DNA of 56,248 nucleotides from a virus (lineage: Duplodnaviria > Caudoviricetes): the IMG/VR virus record IMGVR_UViG_3300027917_000053, positions 1 through 56,248 of that record; one strand, given 5' to 3'. Shown piece by piece: positions 38,743 to 47,961 of the stretch. Numbering within the stretch: the stretch's first letter is position 1; every line of letters begins with the position of its first letter. Below the pieces are notes generated by a model. That model saw only the letters and a list, made by a program, of their open reading frames with translations, searched no databases and was not told the origin of the DNA. Both the position numbers and the translations under genes were made by a program.

Positions 38743-38979
38743 CTATCTCTTAGGTCTGGCCTTATCTATACGTAGGGACCTTCCTAAAAATTTCACTCCA
38801 TTTAAATCTTTAATGACTTTATCAGCTTCTTCTGGAGTGGAAAATTCTATAAAACCAAATCCTTTATCACTAAAAAGATTAACGGATTTAACGGTATATT
38901 CCGAAAGTAAATCCTGGATATCGGCCTCTTTAGTTTCATAGTTAAGGTTACCAATATAGACTTTTGAATCCTGAGACAT
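38743..38979 (-). CDS. RNA recognition motif (RRM) RNA-binding protein
   Basis: RNP-2 VYIGNL, RNP-1 KGFGFIEF, LNG...GRSLRIDKARP. Confidence 0.93.
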   Translation of the reverse strand: MSQDSKVYIGNLNYETKEADIQDLLSEYTVKSVNLFSDKGFGFIEFSTPEEADKVIKDLNGVKFLGRSLRIDKARPKR

Positions 38980-39015
38980 TATAGAAACTCCTTTTACTTA
39001 AAAATGGTTAGAAAT

Positions 39016-40365
39016 TTAGGAGAGAATGACTCCTAAAGTCTCTGCCAACATTTTAAGTATGTTCAGAGTTTTCTCCGGGTCATCTCCAAGATACGATTTC
39101 AAATCTTTAACTAATGAACGAATTTTGGTCTTTTTCTCATTATTAGACCTAATCCAATCTTTATCCACCTTTTTCATATAACCCATTAATTGAGTATAGA
39201 AAAAGATTGAAGATGACTCGGTAAAAATATCCACTCCCTGAGGAATACTCATATCAAATACCTGCTCAATCTCTTCTTTAGTCCGATCAGGAAAATCTCC
39301 CTCGGTCGGTTTGAGTGGAGCAGGTAATGGTTTTCCTTTTTCTGGAGGTCCAATCTTTCCTTTTCCTTGATAATCTCTCTTATAGATTGCTATGGATTTT
39401 TCAAGGTCAATGGGACTAAATACACCCTTAACTATATACTGGAAAGATTTCGGCTTGTCGGGATTCTCTCGTTTTATAAATTTATGAAAACAAGGAGAAT
39501 CTTTAACTTCAGAAAGAGCAATTAAAGCCCTACAGATTAAAAAAATCGGACTTACTGAACACCCAATGTCCTTAGCAATCTCTTTTGGAGTAGTTGCTTT
39601 ATTGAGGTTCTTTCTTGACCATATTACAAAAGCTTGATTAATACTCACACCAGCGTAATCACCTGTTTTAGGTTTTGGTGCACCAGACATTCTTTTACTC
39701 CTTTCATCCCTCCCCTCTTTTTCATCTCCGACCCTAAACATAATATGAGGTCTATACCACTTATTTCTAGGGTTATGCTTTTCCTCAATCGCTTTCAACT
39801 TTTGTTCCAGAGAAAGAAGGGATACCTTTTCTTCCTCATTTAAATCTCTTGAGCCTAATTTCTTTTTCAGATAATTTGCCTCAAAAGTATCTAAACTGAG
39901 TCCACACAATGCGATATCAACCTCATCGAATTTCTTTCCCAAAGACAAACGATAAAGTTTAACATCACCGTCTCTATAAACTTCCAAAAGCCCAACTTTC
40001 TCTAACTTCAGAAGCGCTAATGAAACTTTACTCCTTATTTCCTGGAGTGAGAATTGCTCCCAATCCCCTACATTAATCAAAAGAGTAATCGACCTTAAAT
40101 CAAAAGGTGAAAGGTTTCGACTTGAAAAGAAAACACAAATCTTTGCTATAGATCTCTCAAAACCAGTAACTTGTCCAGGAAAACTAGTACTTTCTTTTTC
40201 CGGAACATGCAAACCTAGTTTACTAATGATTGGAGATTTCCTTCTTTTAACCTCAGAATGTATAACTCCAGGTAAATCTGAGGCAAACTTCTTTTTTTGA
40301 TACTCATTAACAGAAAGAACCTCGCCTTCTCCTGTGGTTATAGTTACATCTTTTAAATCTCCCAT
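39016..40365 (-). CDS. Hypothetical protein, possibly with winged-helix DNA-binding domains
   Basis: LLKLEKVGLLEV...YRL and TPKEIAKDIGCS segments look HTH-like. Confidence 0.55.
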   Translation of the reverse strand: MGDLKDVTITTGEGEVLSVNEYQKKKFASDLPGVIHSEVKRRKSPIISKLGLHVPEKESTSFPGQVTGFERSIAKICVFFSSRNLSPFDLRSITLLINVGDWEQFSLQEIRSKVSLALLKLEKVGLLEVYRDGDVKLYRLSLGKKFDEVDIALCGLSLDTFEANYLKKKLGSRDLNEEEKVSLLSLEQKLKAIEEKHNPRNKWYRPHIMFRVGDEKEGRDERSKRMSGAPKPKTGDYAGVSINQAFVIWSRKNLNKATTPKEIAKDIGCSVSPIFLICRALIALSEVKDSPCFHKFIKRENPDKPKSFQYIVKGVFSPIDLEKSIAIYKRDYQGKGKIGPPEKGKPLPAPLKPTEGDFPDRTKEEIEQVFDMSIPQGVDIFTESSSIFFYTQLMGYMKKVDKDWIRSNNEKKTKIRSLVKDLKSYLGDDPEKTLNILKMLAETLGVILS

Positions 40366-40461
40366 TTCTCGTACCCCTTAGAAAAAAGATTACTTAGCAA
40401 AATATCAAGTTATCATTAATAAGCATACCTCCTTCTTTACTTCTTAGTAAAACCATTAGAA

Positions 40462-41463
40462 TTAGGTAAAATCGAATGGACAATTAGATGGATTTTTACT
40501 CAATAAATTCCTTGCTTTTAAAAACGGGGGAGCATTTTTCCAAACTTCAACCATACTTCTTTTACTTATATCAACTCCCCACTCATCGTGATCAGCAAAT
40601 GAACAAGGCATAAATTTCAAGTCTGGACTTATATAAGCAGACTTCCTTCCTGCTTCACAAGTGTCTAAAAAAACTTGCTCTTTCTTAGTAAAATTTAACT
40701 TTAAAGACATAATTTTATTTACTAAACATGAGTCCATTCCCAACTTAAAAGGACTCTTAGATTCTCTCAAACCAGCAAGGAAAAGTTTTATCTTATCATC
40801 ACTTGGAACTAGGTGAATAAGATTTTTTCCTCTTCCTTGGGGTTTGAAAAGAAGAAAAATAACTGCGTTAAGTTTATCTCGGTTAACTTTTTTATTCCAG
40901 ACGTCTTCACCTTTAGCAATTTGTATACACTTGTCAACTGATTCTGAAGTTACTACTATATGTATATTAGTTTTCATTTCATATGACTGAAGTAACTTAA
41001 TTGCTTCAAAAGTGAAATCTTTACTATAATCAGAAACCGCTACCGCTCCACAAAATTCCTTCGCAATCTCAACTTTTTCCTTAGTTAATTTTCTCCCGCT
41101 TGTAGTGAAATTAGGAACTACTTCGTTTTCCCTACAATAAGAAACTATTTCTTTATAATGTTCATGGAGTTCTGGATCTCCCCTCCCTCCAAGAGCACAT
41201 TGGTTTACGAGTTTTTTAGTCTCATTTATAATTCTTTTAAAACCATCCAAAGTCATATTTGGTTGGTCTTTATCTCCTTGATAACATATAGAGCATTTAT
41301 TTTCACAATGACCCATTATTCCAATATCTAGCATACATGGAAAATAGAGACTAAATGGGTCTTCATGACCATTTATTCCTGAAGTTATTTCCATCCCAGT
41401 TTCAGTATCGAATAGAATGATATAGTTTTTATTTGCTATAGTTTTTATCATTTTATTTTTCAT
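40462..41463 (-). CDS. Radical SAM enzyme with a C-terminal SPASM/twitch-type domain
   Basis: CENKCSICY (CxxxCxxC), GGRGDP, CEAG...YISPD...PCSF, terminal CP. Confidence 0.9.
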   Translation of the reverse strand: MKNKMIKTIANKNYIILFDTETGMEITSGINGHEDPFSLYFPCMLDIGIMGHCENKCSICYQGDKDQPNMTLDGFKRIINETKKLVNQCALGGRGDPELHEHYKEIVSYCRENEVVPNFTTSGRKLTKEKVEIAKEFCGAVAVSDYSKDFTFEAIKLLQSYEMKTNIHIVVTSESVDKCIQIAKGEDVWNKKVNRDKLNAVIFLLFKPQGRGKNLIHLVPSDDKIKLFLAGLRESKSPFKLGMDSCLVNKIMSLKLNFTKKEQVFLDTCEAGRKSAYISPDLKFMPCSFADHDEWGVDISKRSMVEVWKNAPPFLKARNLLSKNPSNCPFDFT

Positions 41464-41470
41464 TTCCTTT

Positions 41471-41851
41471 CTATGTTTGTACTGAAAAAAATCTGTTGGT
41501 GTCTACTACGTAAGCCAAAGCACATAGTATTTTGATGTCTTTTACTTCAGGAACATCATCTAATTCGTCCATTACTTTTTTAGCATGGATAAATTTAATA
41601 TACATAGGCATATGTTTAAAAACCATATCTGATTCCTCATCATCTTCAACTCTAACATCTTCATTGATTTCAAAATAGTCTTGAATCCCCCTACTATATA
41701 AATCAATTATGACTTTTTTGGCTTTAAGAGTTGGTGGAGTTTGTATGCCTTTTTCCATACATAACTCTGATATTAGATTTATAAAACCTTTTTCATCTTT
41801 TATGTTATCAGAGCATTTTATAAAAACTCTATATGTCAAGATGGTTGCCAC
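41471..41851 (-). CDS. Hypothetical protein (paralog of 41853-42164)
   Basis: Shared Y...K..D...F..L...C...F...E...P.Y...EVK.IK pattern. Confidence 0.65.
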   Translation of the reverse strand: MATILTYRVFIKCSDNIKDEKGFINLISELCMEKGIQTPPTLKAKKVIIDLYSRGIQDYFEINEDVRVEDDEESDMVFKHMPMYIKFIHAKKVMDELDDVPEVKDIKILCALAYVVDTNRFFSVQT

Positions 41852-41852
41852 T

Positions 41853-42164
41853 TTATTTTTCCCCCTCTTCTTGAATTGCTAAACTGATGTCTTTAATAGA
41901 TTTTACCTCTCCAAGTCTCCCCAAAGTCTTCATTGATATTAAAAGGCTCATATAAGGAGGAGTTCTATCAATGTCCAATTCCTCCATTTCAATTTCTTCT
42001 CTCACTTGGAAGGTATTTGGCTTATGTTCTTTTGAGATGGTAACTGTCCTATGGTGACTTATTTCTCTATTAAAAGTTTTACAAATATCAAGGAATAAAG
42101 TAGTAAAATCTTGCCATGATAGATCATCTTTAGTTTTCACATTCAGAACATATTTATACCTCAT
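41853..42164 (-). CDS. Hypothetical protein
   Basis: SD aaggagg; paralog of the neighbouring gene. Confidence 0.65.
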   Translation of the reverse strand: MRYKYVLNVKTKDDLSWQDFTTLFLDICKTFNREISHHRTVTISKEHKPNTFQVREEIEMEELDIDRTPPYMSLLISMKTLGRLGEVKSIKDISLAIQEEGEK

Positions 42165-42670
42165 TCTTTTTTTAACCTCCTTCTATTTAAGGTTATGGTT
42201 ATGGATATAGGTAGAGATGGGGGAGTAAATCCATTAGGATTTTTAAACTCCCCCACTTTACCCTGTTTAAAAATTTATGGAGTTGTACTCAAAGAGAGGA
42301 ATAATCGCATAAACCTCTCCTCAAGATTTGAGACTTTATAATAGGTAAAGATGGGAGAATACCTATCAACGTAATATTCTCCCACTTTAACCTAGCCAGA
42401 GTAAGAAAACCCAAAACAATATAACTAAACCCATATCATGGAAGGTGATAAGAAATGATACTTCCTGACATGATAAAGTGACCAATAATGAATATTAGTC
42501 AGTAAGGGAAGAGAAACCCCCTGGCATATTTCTCTCCGAATAATCCAGGAACCCAACCTGGATTATTTTCGTAGAAAAAATAGATAAATAAAAAATTCCT
42601 TACAATAAAGTGACAAACCTTTTCTTAATAACCGTTAATTAATATATATAGTATGTTAAAACTTTTCCAA

Positions 42671-42970
42671 TTAGGAAGCGGGATCTACAAGTTCAAAATC
42701 GGTTCCCACCAAGTCTACGGCATCACTCGTCCACTCCCAAAAAGTCATTTTATCTCCGCCTTCCTCCTTGGACTCATCTTCGTTGAAGTTTACATAACCT
42801 GACTCGTGGGCCTTTAAAAGCAAGTCTTTTGTTTCGGCGAAAAGAGGATGAATTTCTTCATCAAAACCTTCCAACGTTTCTATATCTTCGAGTTCAGAAA
42901 TCTCAGTTAAATTATCATTCAACTTCTTTAACTCCTCTTTTGACATCCTTTCCATTGTTTCCACTGACAT
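42671..42970 (-). CDS. Acidic hypothetical protein
   Basis: SD aaggag; D/E-rich. Confidence 0.7.
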   Translation of the reverse strand: MSVETMERMSKEELKKLNDNLTEISELEDIETLEGFDEEIHPLFAETKDLLLKAHESGYVNFNEDESKEEGGDKMTFWEWTSDAVDLVGTDFELVDPAS

Positions 42971-43025
42971 AAAATACTCCTTTCTTAACTTTTCAAAACC
43001 ATAAAATAAGTCACTTTATTGTAAG

Positions 43026-43448
43026 CTATCCAGTATTGACTTCAGTTGAATGACATTCCAGTGTTCCTTCAAACGGGGTATGTAAAAATAACTCAGCGGT
43101 TTTCTTTTTAAATTCACCAAAGGTTTCGTCTTCTCTCATATTCCAAGGAGATCTTCCAATAAATACCGAACTCATTCCCCCCGAAACTATACAATCAAAA
43201 CCTAAAGTGTTACAATAATTATGTAAAGCCATTTCAGAAAGTTCATAATCTTTACAAAATTCAGAAAACCCTTTGAATTTAATAAGATACCCCTCTCCTT
43301 CAATGCGTACTCTAAAAGCAATAGAATATAAATATATGAATTTCATTATCTCAGAATTCTCAAATATTTTCTCATCTGCGATAACCATACCATAAGCGCA
43401 AAAAACTTCAGTTGAACTATTTGTTATAAAAGAAACTTTTACAAACAT
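43026..43448 (-). CDS. TNSS(S)-motif protein
   Basis: SFITNSSTEVFCAYG; C-terminal FIGRSPW.M..DETF.EFK. Confidence 0.75.
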   Translation of the reverse strand: MFVKVSFITNSSTEVFCAYGMVIADEKIFENSEIMKFIYLYSIAFRVRIEGEGYLIKFKGFSEFCKDYELSEMALHNYCNTLGFDCIVSGGMSSVFIGRSPWNMREDETFGEFKKKTAELFLHTPFEGTLECHSTEVNTG

Positions 43449-43449
43449 T

Positions 43450-43905
43450 TTAATACTCCACTCTTTCGTCTATAGCATATGGTTTTACAGTTATTCCTAA
43501 GAGACTTTTTAACTTTTTCTGGACTTTATCTCTAAATTCTACTCCCGTTTCATCATTCCCTATTTTAAAAGGATTCATCCCAATAAAGATCTCTCCATAA
43601 GTATTTACGATACTTTCCATCCCAAAAATAGCACGAATCATCGATTCTGTTGAATTTATAAGTACTGAATTATGACCTTTAGTATTATCTAAAAGATCAT
43701 TCATAGAAACAAAATCAGAACCTTTCCATGATCCATCGGTCTGAGGAAATTTTCCTACTTCCCGATATGGAGAGCATAAATAATACACATATACTAAGAT
43801 ATGGATATTATTCATTAGTAAGAAGTTACTAAATTTTACTTCAATACCATATACACAAAAGTTAGTGGAAGAACTATTAGTTACAAAATCAAGTTTAGTT
43901 TTCAT
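43450..43905 (-). CDS. TNSSS-motif protein
   Basis: MKTKLDFVTNSSSTNFCVYG; IG.NPF.IG.DETG.EFR. Confidence 0.75.
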   Translation of the reverse strand: MKTKLDFVTNSSSTNFCVYGIEVKFSNFLLMNNIHILVYVYYLCSPYREVGKFPQTDGSWKGSDFVSMNDLLDNTKGHNSVLINSTESMIRAIFGMESIVNTYGEIFIGMNPFKIGNDETGVEFRDKVQKKLKSLLGITVKPYAIDERVEY

Positions 43906-44317
43906 AATAACTCACCAATTCACCGATCTCTTTAAACTCGAAATCAGAATTTAACACTTCTTTTATTGAATCATAAACTCTTAACCGAAATTCCTTTCCT
44001 GTTTCATTATCCCCAATATCGAATGGACTCACTCCTATATAAACCATCATATTACTATACTCTGAAAAAAGATCATATTTAAGTTTTAGAAGCGACTTTA
44101 TTCCAATCACCATATTTCTCCTATTTGTAGGACATGTGAAAGTTTCTTTAGAAGGAAAGTCGACTCCTGTTCTCCTAGAAGTATAAGAAAAACGAAAATC
44201 TCTTAGAGGAATGAGAGGATTTACTATATAAGAAATATAAACAAAATCGTCCATATTTTCTATTTCTAAAAACTTTTGAATATCTATTTTAGTTCCAAGA
44301 ATAATAACAGCTTTCAT
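43895..44317 (-). CDS. Paralog lacking the TNSSS leader
   Basis: YIGVSPFDIGDNETGKEFR shared with its neighbours. Confidence 0.7.
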   Translation of the reverse strand: MKAVIILGTKIDIQKFLEIENMDDFVYISYIVNPLIPLRDFRFSYTSRRTGVDFPSKETFTCPTNRRNMVIGIKSLLKLKYDLFSEYSNMMVYIGVSPFDIGDNETGKEFRLRVYDSIKEVLNSDFEFKEIGELVSYYEN

Positions 44318-44342
44318 TTCGTCGATGGTAATCCTCCTTTAT

Positions 44343-44792
44343 TTAATATCGAACAACTTCTTCAACTGCTCTTGGATGATAATCCCCAAAACCTATATCT
44401 TTCAAATCATCTCTAACATCACATTGAAATTCTCCGAGAGTTTGTGTTTTACACATAGACCAAGGAGATCTTCCTATAGCAATATAAACTGCTGCAGGTT
44501 CTTCTCCATACATTTCCCATAAAAAATGATTAATAACGGCATAATAACGAATAGTTTGAAAAAGATAACTTTCATATTCTTCAACGAATCTTTCTTTAGT
44601 AACAGGAAAATCAAATTCCAAAAGTCGATCATTACAGTAATCAGAAACTTCCCTCCAATAAGCAATTAAAACTAAATATAAGTATTTAATTAATTTTGAA
44701 TTTTCAACTAAATCTGTTAATTCTATATCCACCCCGTAAACACAGAATGCTTCGCTAGAACTATTTGTTATAAAATCAAGTTTTATTTTCAT
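44343..44792 (-). CDS. TNSSS-motif protein
   Basis: MKIKLDFITNSSSEAFCVYG; IGRSPW.M...QTL.EF. Confidence 0.75.
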   Translation of the reverse strand: MKIKLDFITNSSSEAFCVYGVDIELTDLVENSKLIKYLYLVLIAYWREVSDYCNDRLLEFDFPVTKERFVEEYESYLFQTIRYYAVINHFLWEMYGEEPAAVYIAIGRSPWSMCKTQTLGEFQCDVRDDLKDIGFGDYHPRAVEEVVRY

Positions 44793-45754
44793 TTTACCTC
44801 ACCTGTTTGGTCAAGTAAATTGAGTATTTGTCCACCGACTTCTTCTAATTTATGACCAACTTCGGCAGGGATCTTTTTAAATTGTGCTGCTCGGGTATAA
44901 GCATTTACGATATGAAACATTGAATCGCCTTGCTCGATTATCCAACCCCATTTTACTGCGTCTCTCTCGAGTTTACTCAACTGAAATCTTTTATTAAATG
45001 ATTCTATAGTTACTTGGGGGTCATGAATTTTAACATTAGTTGCTTTCTCTAAAAGTTCTTTTTCCGATAACCAACGTCCAGACAATTCTTTTGCTATCTC
45101 AGGAAATTGAGCTAATATAACTTCTGGCTCAGTTATATGTTTAAATGATTTAGTTAGTCTTTGTTTTGATATCATTCCATTAGTACATGAGAGTCTGTAT
45201 ACTAAAACTGACATTCCGATTTTAGTCAATCCTACTTCTGAGTTAAAAAATGACATTCCCCCCATCATTCGATCACCAGAGATTGAAAAAGTCTGCTGAT
45301 CATTTGGGATATTAATTTGGAGGAAATTTTCATTTTGGAAACACTTAACCTGAGTACTTGGAGGAATACCTAATTTTTTCTCAACAGCGTCTAAAAGCAT
45401 ATCGTCATTAGTTGGTTTATAGGTGGGAGTAAAGATCGCTCGGACTTTATCACCATTAAACCTAACTAATAACTTCTCATTCTTTTCTTTTTCAATCCAA
45501 TAATTTAGATTCCTTGCTTGTAACTCAGGTGGGCATTTTCGGAGATATTGTAATGGAGTTCCTGTTCTATAGCATGCTGAGGATTGAGCAATCTGAGTCA
45601 TTTGAAATACTTTATCGCCCATTCTAACTGCCTCTAAAGACATAAATTGGATGGATTTTACTTCTATTTGCTCATCCACAAAATTCTTACTAATTCTTGC
45701 ATAATTTTCACGAACATTCTCTAACGATGTAATATAAGATTGTCTATCAGACAT
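44789..45754 (-). CDS. DUF932-like protein
   Basis: RAIF...Y...D, FNSEVG, YRLSCTNGM, MF.IVNAYT.AAQ. Confidence 0.75.
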   Translation of the reverse strand: MSDRQSYITSLENVRENYARISKNFVDEQIEVKSIQFMSLEAVRMGDKVFQMTQIAQSSACYRTGTPLQYLRKCPPELQARNLNYWIEKEKNEKLLVRFNGDKVRAIFTPTYKPTNDDMLLDAVEKKLGIPPSTQVKCFQNENFLQINIPNDQQTFSISGDRMMGGMSFFNSEVGLTKIGMSVLVYRLSCTNGMISKQRLTKSFKHITEPEVILAQFPEIAKELSGRWLSEKELLEKATNVKIHDPQVTIESFNKRFQLSKLERDAVKWGWIIEQGDSMFHIVNAYTRAAQFKKIPAEVGHKLEEVGGQILNLLDQTGEVK

Positions 45755-45773
45755 GATAATATCTCCTTTTTTT

Positions 45774-45806
45774 AAAGGGGGAAATCATAAAAAATTTCCC
45801 CCTTTT
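45774..45806. terminator. Possibly bidirectional hairpin terminator
   Basis: aaagggggaaat ... atttcccccttt. Confidence 0.5.
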
Positions 45807-45814
45807 GTTAAATG

Positions 45815-46519
45815 TTAAAGTTTAAAAGATTCTATCTCTTCATCTAATTTACCATTTCTATGTAAGTAATAAGTATAACGAAATCCATTCTTGAATTTAC
45901 AATGATAACTTTCAGGAGTAACTGAGAGAGAAACTCCAAATTTTTTATGTAATTTAGATAGAACGTTTGAATATGGTGCTAAAGAAAAACACTGTTCCAT
46001 AGTTTGTACTAATTTCTTTTCTTTTTTTGAAATAGGTTCATATATAAGATTGTAATAACCATCAGAAGGCAACTTTGTCTTTCCAAATTCTAACCATCTC
46101 AAAAAAGGAACTCTATTATCCTTTATTATCTTTTCTGAAGTCCATGTCAATGTTTGGTATGTCAAGTCAATTATTGAATCTTCTTGGATAATAAAAGAAT
46201 TAGTACAAATAGGATTTTCATCTATATTAAAATAGATGGTATTTAATCTTAGACCTTCATTATACTCCTCAGGTATTATAGAAAGAAGTTTTACTTTTTC
46301 TTCAAAAAGAAAACTAATTCTTTCTAGACCTTTTTCCGTCTCTACAAGTCTTTCTTCGAGTAACTTTTCAGCTTTATAATAACAATATCTTCCTCCAATA
46401 AATCCTCCCACACCTACTAAGACAATAATTATTAACGTTGCTATGCTGATTAGACCTTTACTTCCTAATGCTTTTAGGTTTTGAAGCAATTGATTTCCTC
46501 CCTCTTTGTTTCTGAGCAA
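45815..46519 (-). CDS. Membrane-anchored hypothetical protein
   Basis: N-terminal TM LISIATLIIIVLVGVGGFIGG; likely start TTG 46489 after SD gggagg. Confidence 0.65.
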   Translation of the reverse strand: MLRNKEGGNQLLQNLKALGSKGLISIATLIIIVLVGVGGFIGGRYCYYKAEKLLEERLVETEKGLERISFLFEEKVKLLSIIPEEYNEGLRLNTIYFNIDENPICTNSFIIQEDSIIDLTYQTLTWTSEKIIKDNRVPFLRWLEFGKTKLPSDGYYNLIYEPISKKEKKLVQTMEQCFSLAPYSNVLSKLHKKFGVSLSVTPESYHCKFKNGFRYTYYLHRNGKLDEEIESFKL

Positions 46520-47630
46520 ACTTTTCAGAAACGGTTATAGATTTTTGGTAAAATCTATAAAGGAGGGACACTCCAAACTTTCCAACTGTGGGTTGAAAAA
46601 GAACTAACCTATTCCATTTTTTTCTTCCTTTGGGGAATCTAAAATCTCTTTCCCAAGAAGAGTTTTTAATCCAAGAGGGAAATAACTCAACTCCATTTGA
46701 AAATCCATATTTAGAAAAAGCCAACTCAGTTGCTCTAGTATGAAAACGAACTTTTGGTAATAACTTCCTTTCTATTTTCCTCTTATCTTTAAATAACCTT
46801 CGTAATTCATCAGAGTGTAATCTACATGGAACAAAAGTAGACTCACTTTCAGGGAAGTCAATAATAGATTCAAAAACGTCAAGTTTTACCTGAGTACCTG
46901 ATTCCTTAGTTCTTTTAGGTAGTTCTCTTTTTTCCCCAGGCGGTAAACGTATACCCTTTTTAATTAATCGTGAAATCTCATTCTTATAAAACTCTTTTTG
47001 CTCTTCAAGTCTAACTTCAGCTCGTTTCAATAGGAAATAAGGCATGCCATAAAACGACGTCCATCGACCAGGAGCAACAAAGAATTTAAATATAATACTA
47101 TTATTTGATAATATATTTGATTTTATAATAAATTCATTTTCCGCTGCAGAAGGAATAATTTGAATGGTACTCCAACCTTTATAAAAATCACCGTTAGCAT
47201 CAAGAATTGAGTAAACACGAAAATCGCCAACGTCTTCAGAGGAGATAACATTCGCATCCATAATTCTTATGGAAAATCCAAAAGTCACTTTATTGGACAA
47301 AACAGCAAGAACTTTTCCATGCCTATTTTCGGAGGAAACAACCATTTGACCTTCTTTATGGCATTTAGGAGTAAAAGTTTCATATTGCGGGATATTTATT
47401 ACAGCATTTCTCTCAGCTAACTCAGATAAAAAACATGCTAAATCCAAATCAGTAAACTGTAATATCCCATCGTGAGTATAAGCAGGTCCAGGTTTTCGGG
47501 AAAATAAATCAAATTTCCAATCCTCCAATAATCTTTCTACTACTGGGATTGGGTCTATTTTTCGATCCTGGAGTAAAAGAAAATCTTCATCTTTCAATAT
47601 GTTTGTTAAACTTTTAGCTACCTTTTTCAT
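46458..47630 (-). CDS. Hypothetical protein
   Basis: 390-aa ORF with SD gagga; no family recognised. Confidence 0.75.
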   Translation of the reverse strand: MKKVAKSLTNILKDEDFLLLQDRKIDPIPVVERLLEDWKFDLFSRKPGPAYTHDGILQFTDLDLACFLSELAERNAVINIPQYETFTPKCHKEGQMVVSSENRHGKVLAVLSNKVTFGFSIRIMDANVISSEDVGDFRVYSILDANGDFYKGWSTIQIIPSAAENEFIIKSNILSNNSIIFKFFVAPGRWTSFYGMPYFLLKRAEVRLEEQKEFYKNEISRLIKKGIRLPPGEKRELPKRTKESGTQVKLDVFESIIDFPESESTFVPCRLHSDELRRLFKDKRKIERKLLPKVRFHTRATELAFSKYGFSNGVELFPSWIKNSSWERDFRFPKGRKKWNRLVLFQPTVGKFGVSLLYRFYQKSITVSEKFAQKQRGRKSIASKPKSIRK

Positions 47631-47650
47631 TGGTTTTTCCTCTCTCTCTT

Positions 47651-47812
47651 TTATTCTTCTTCGTCAGGATTTCCAGAGTATTCCAATATAAACAATGGAG
47701 AAAGCTCAAAATTTCCATCTTCCTCTTTATCCAAATCGTATAACTCTAGAACTTCTTTTTGTTTGTCTTCTTTCAAATCTTTAAAGTAAACTTCTAAGGT
47801 TTTTGTTTCCAC
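47651..47812 (-). CDS. Small acidic protein, 53 aa (not in ORF track)
   Basis: GTG start with SD gaggag; METKTLEVYFKDLKEDKQKEVLELY...PDEEE. Confidence 0.65.
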   Translation of the reverse strand: METKTLEVYFKDLKEDKQKEVLELYDLDKEEDGNFELSPLFILEYSGNPDEEE

Positions 47813-47961
47813 AAAATATCTCCTCTTTTAAAATTTTATTAGTTAAAAAATTTATACTCTCATACAACATCCCCCCTTCCAAAAATTAAGAAAAAATAAA
47901 TTGACTAAAATGCACGAACAACTCCTGATTACTTTATCCGAAAATTAATATATATAGTTAG

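Noticed and set aside
40462-41463. QueE (7-deazaguanine pathway) call for the radical SAM gene
   Set aside because: It is longer than typical QueE, has a C-terminal SPASM/twitch-like Cys cluster, and no queC/queD is nearby.
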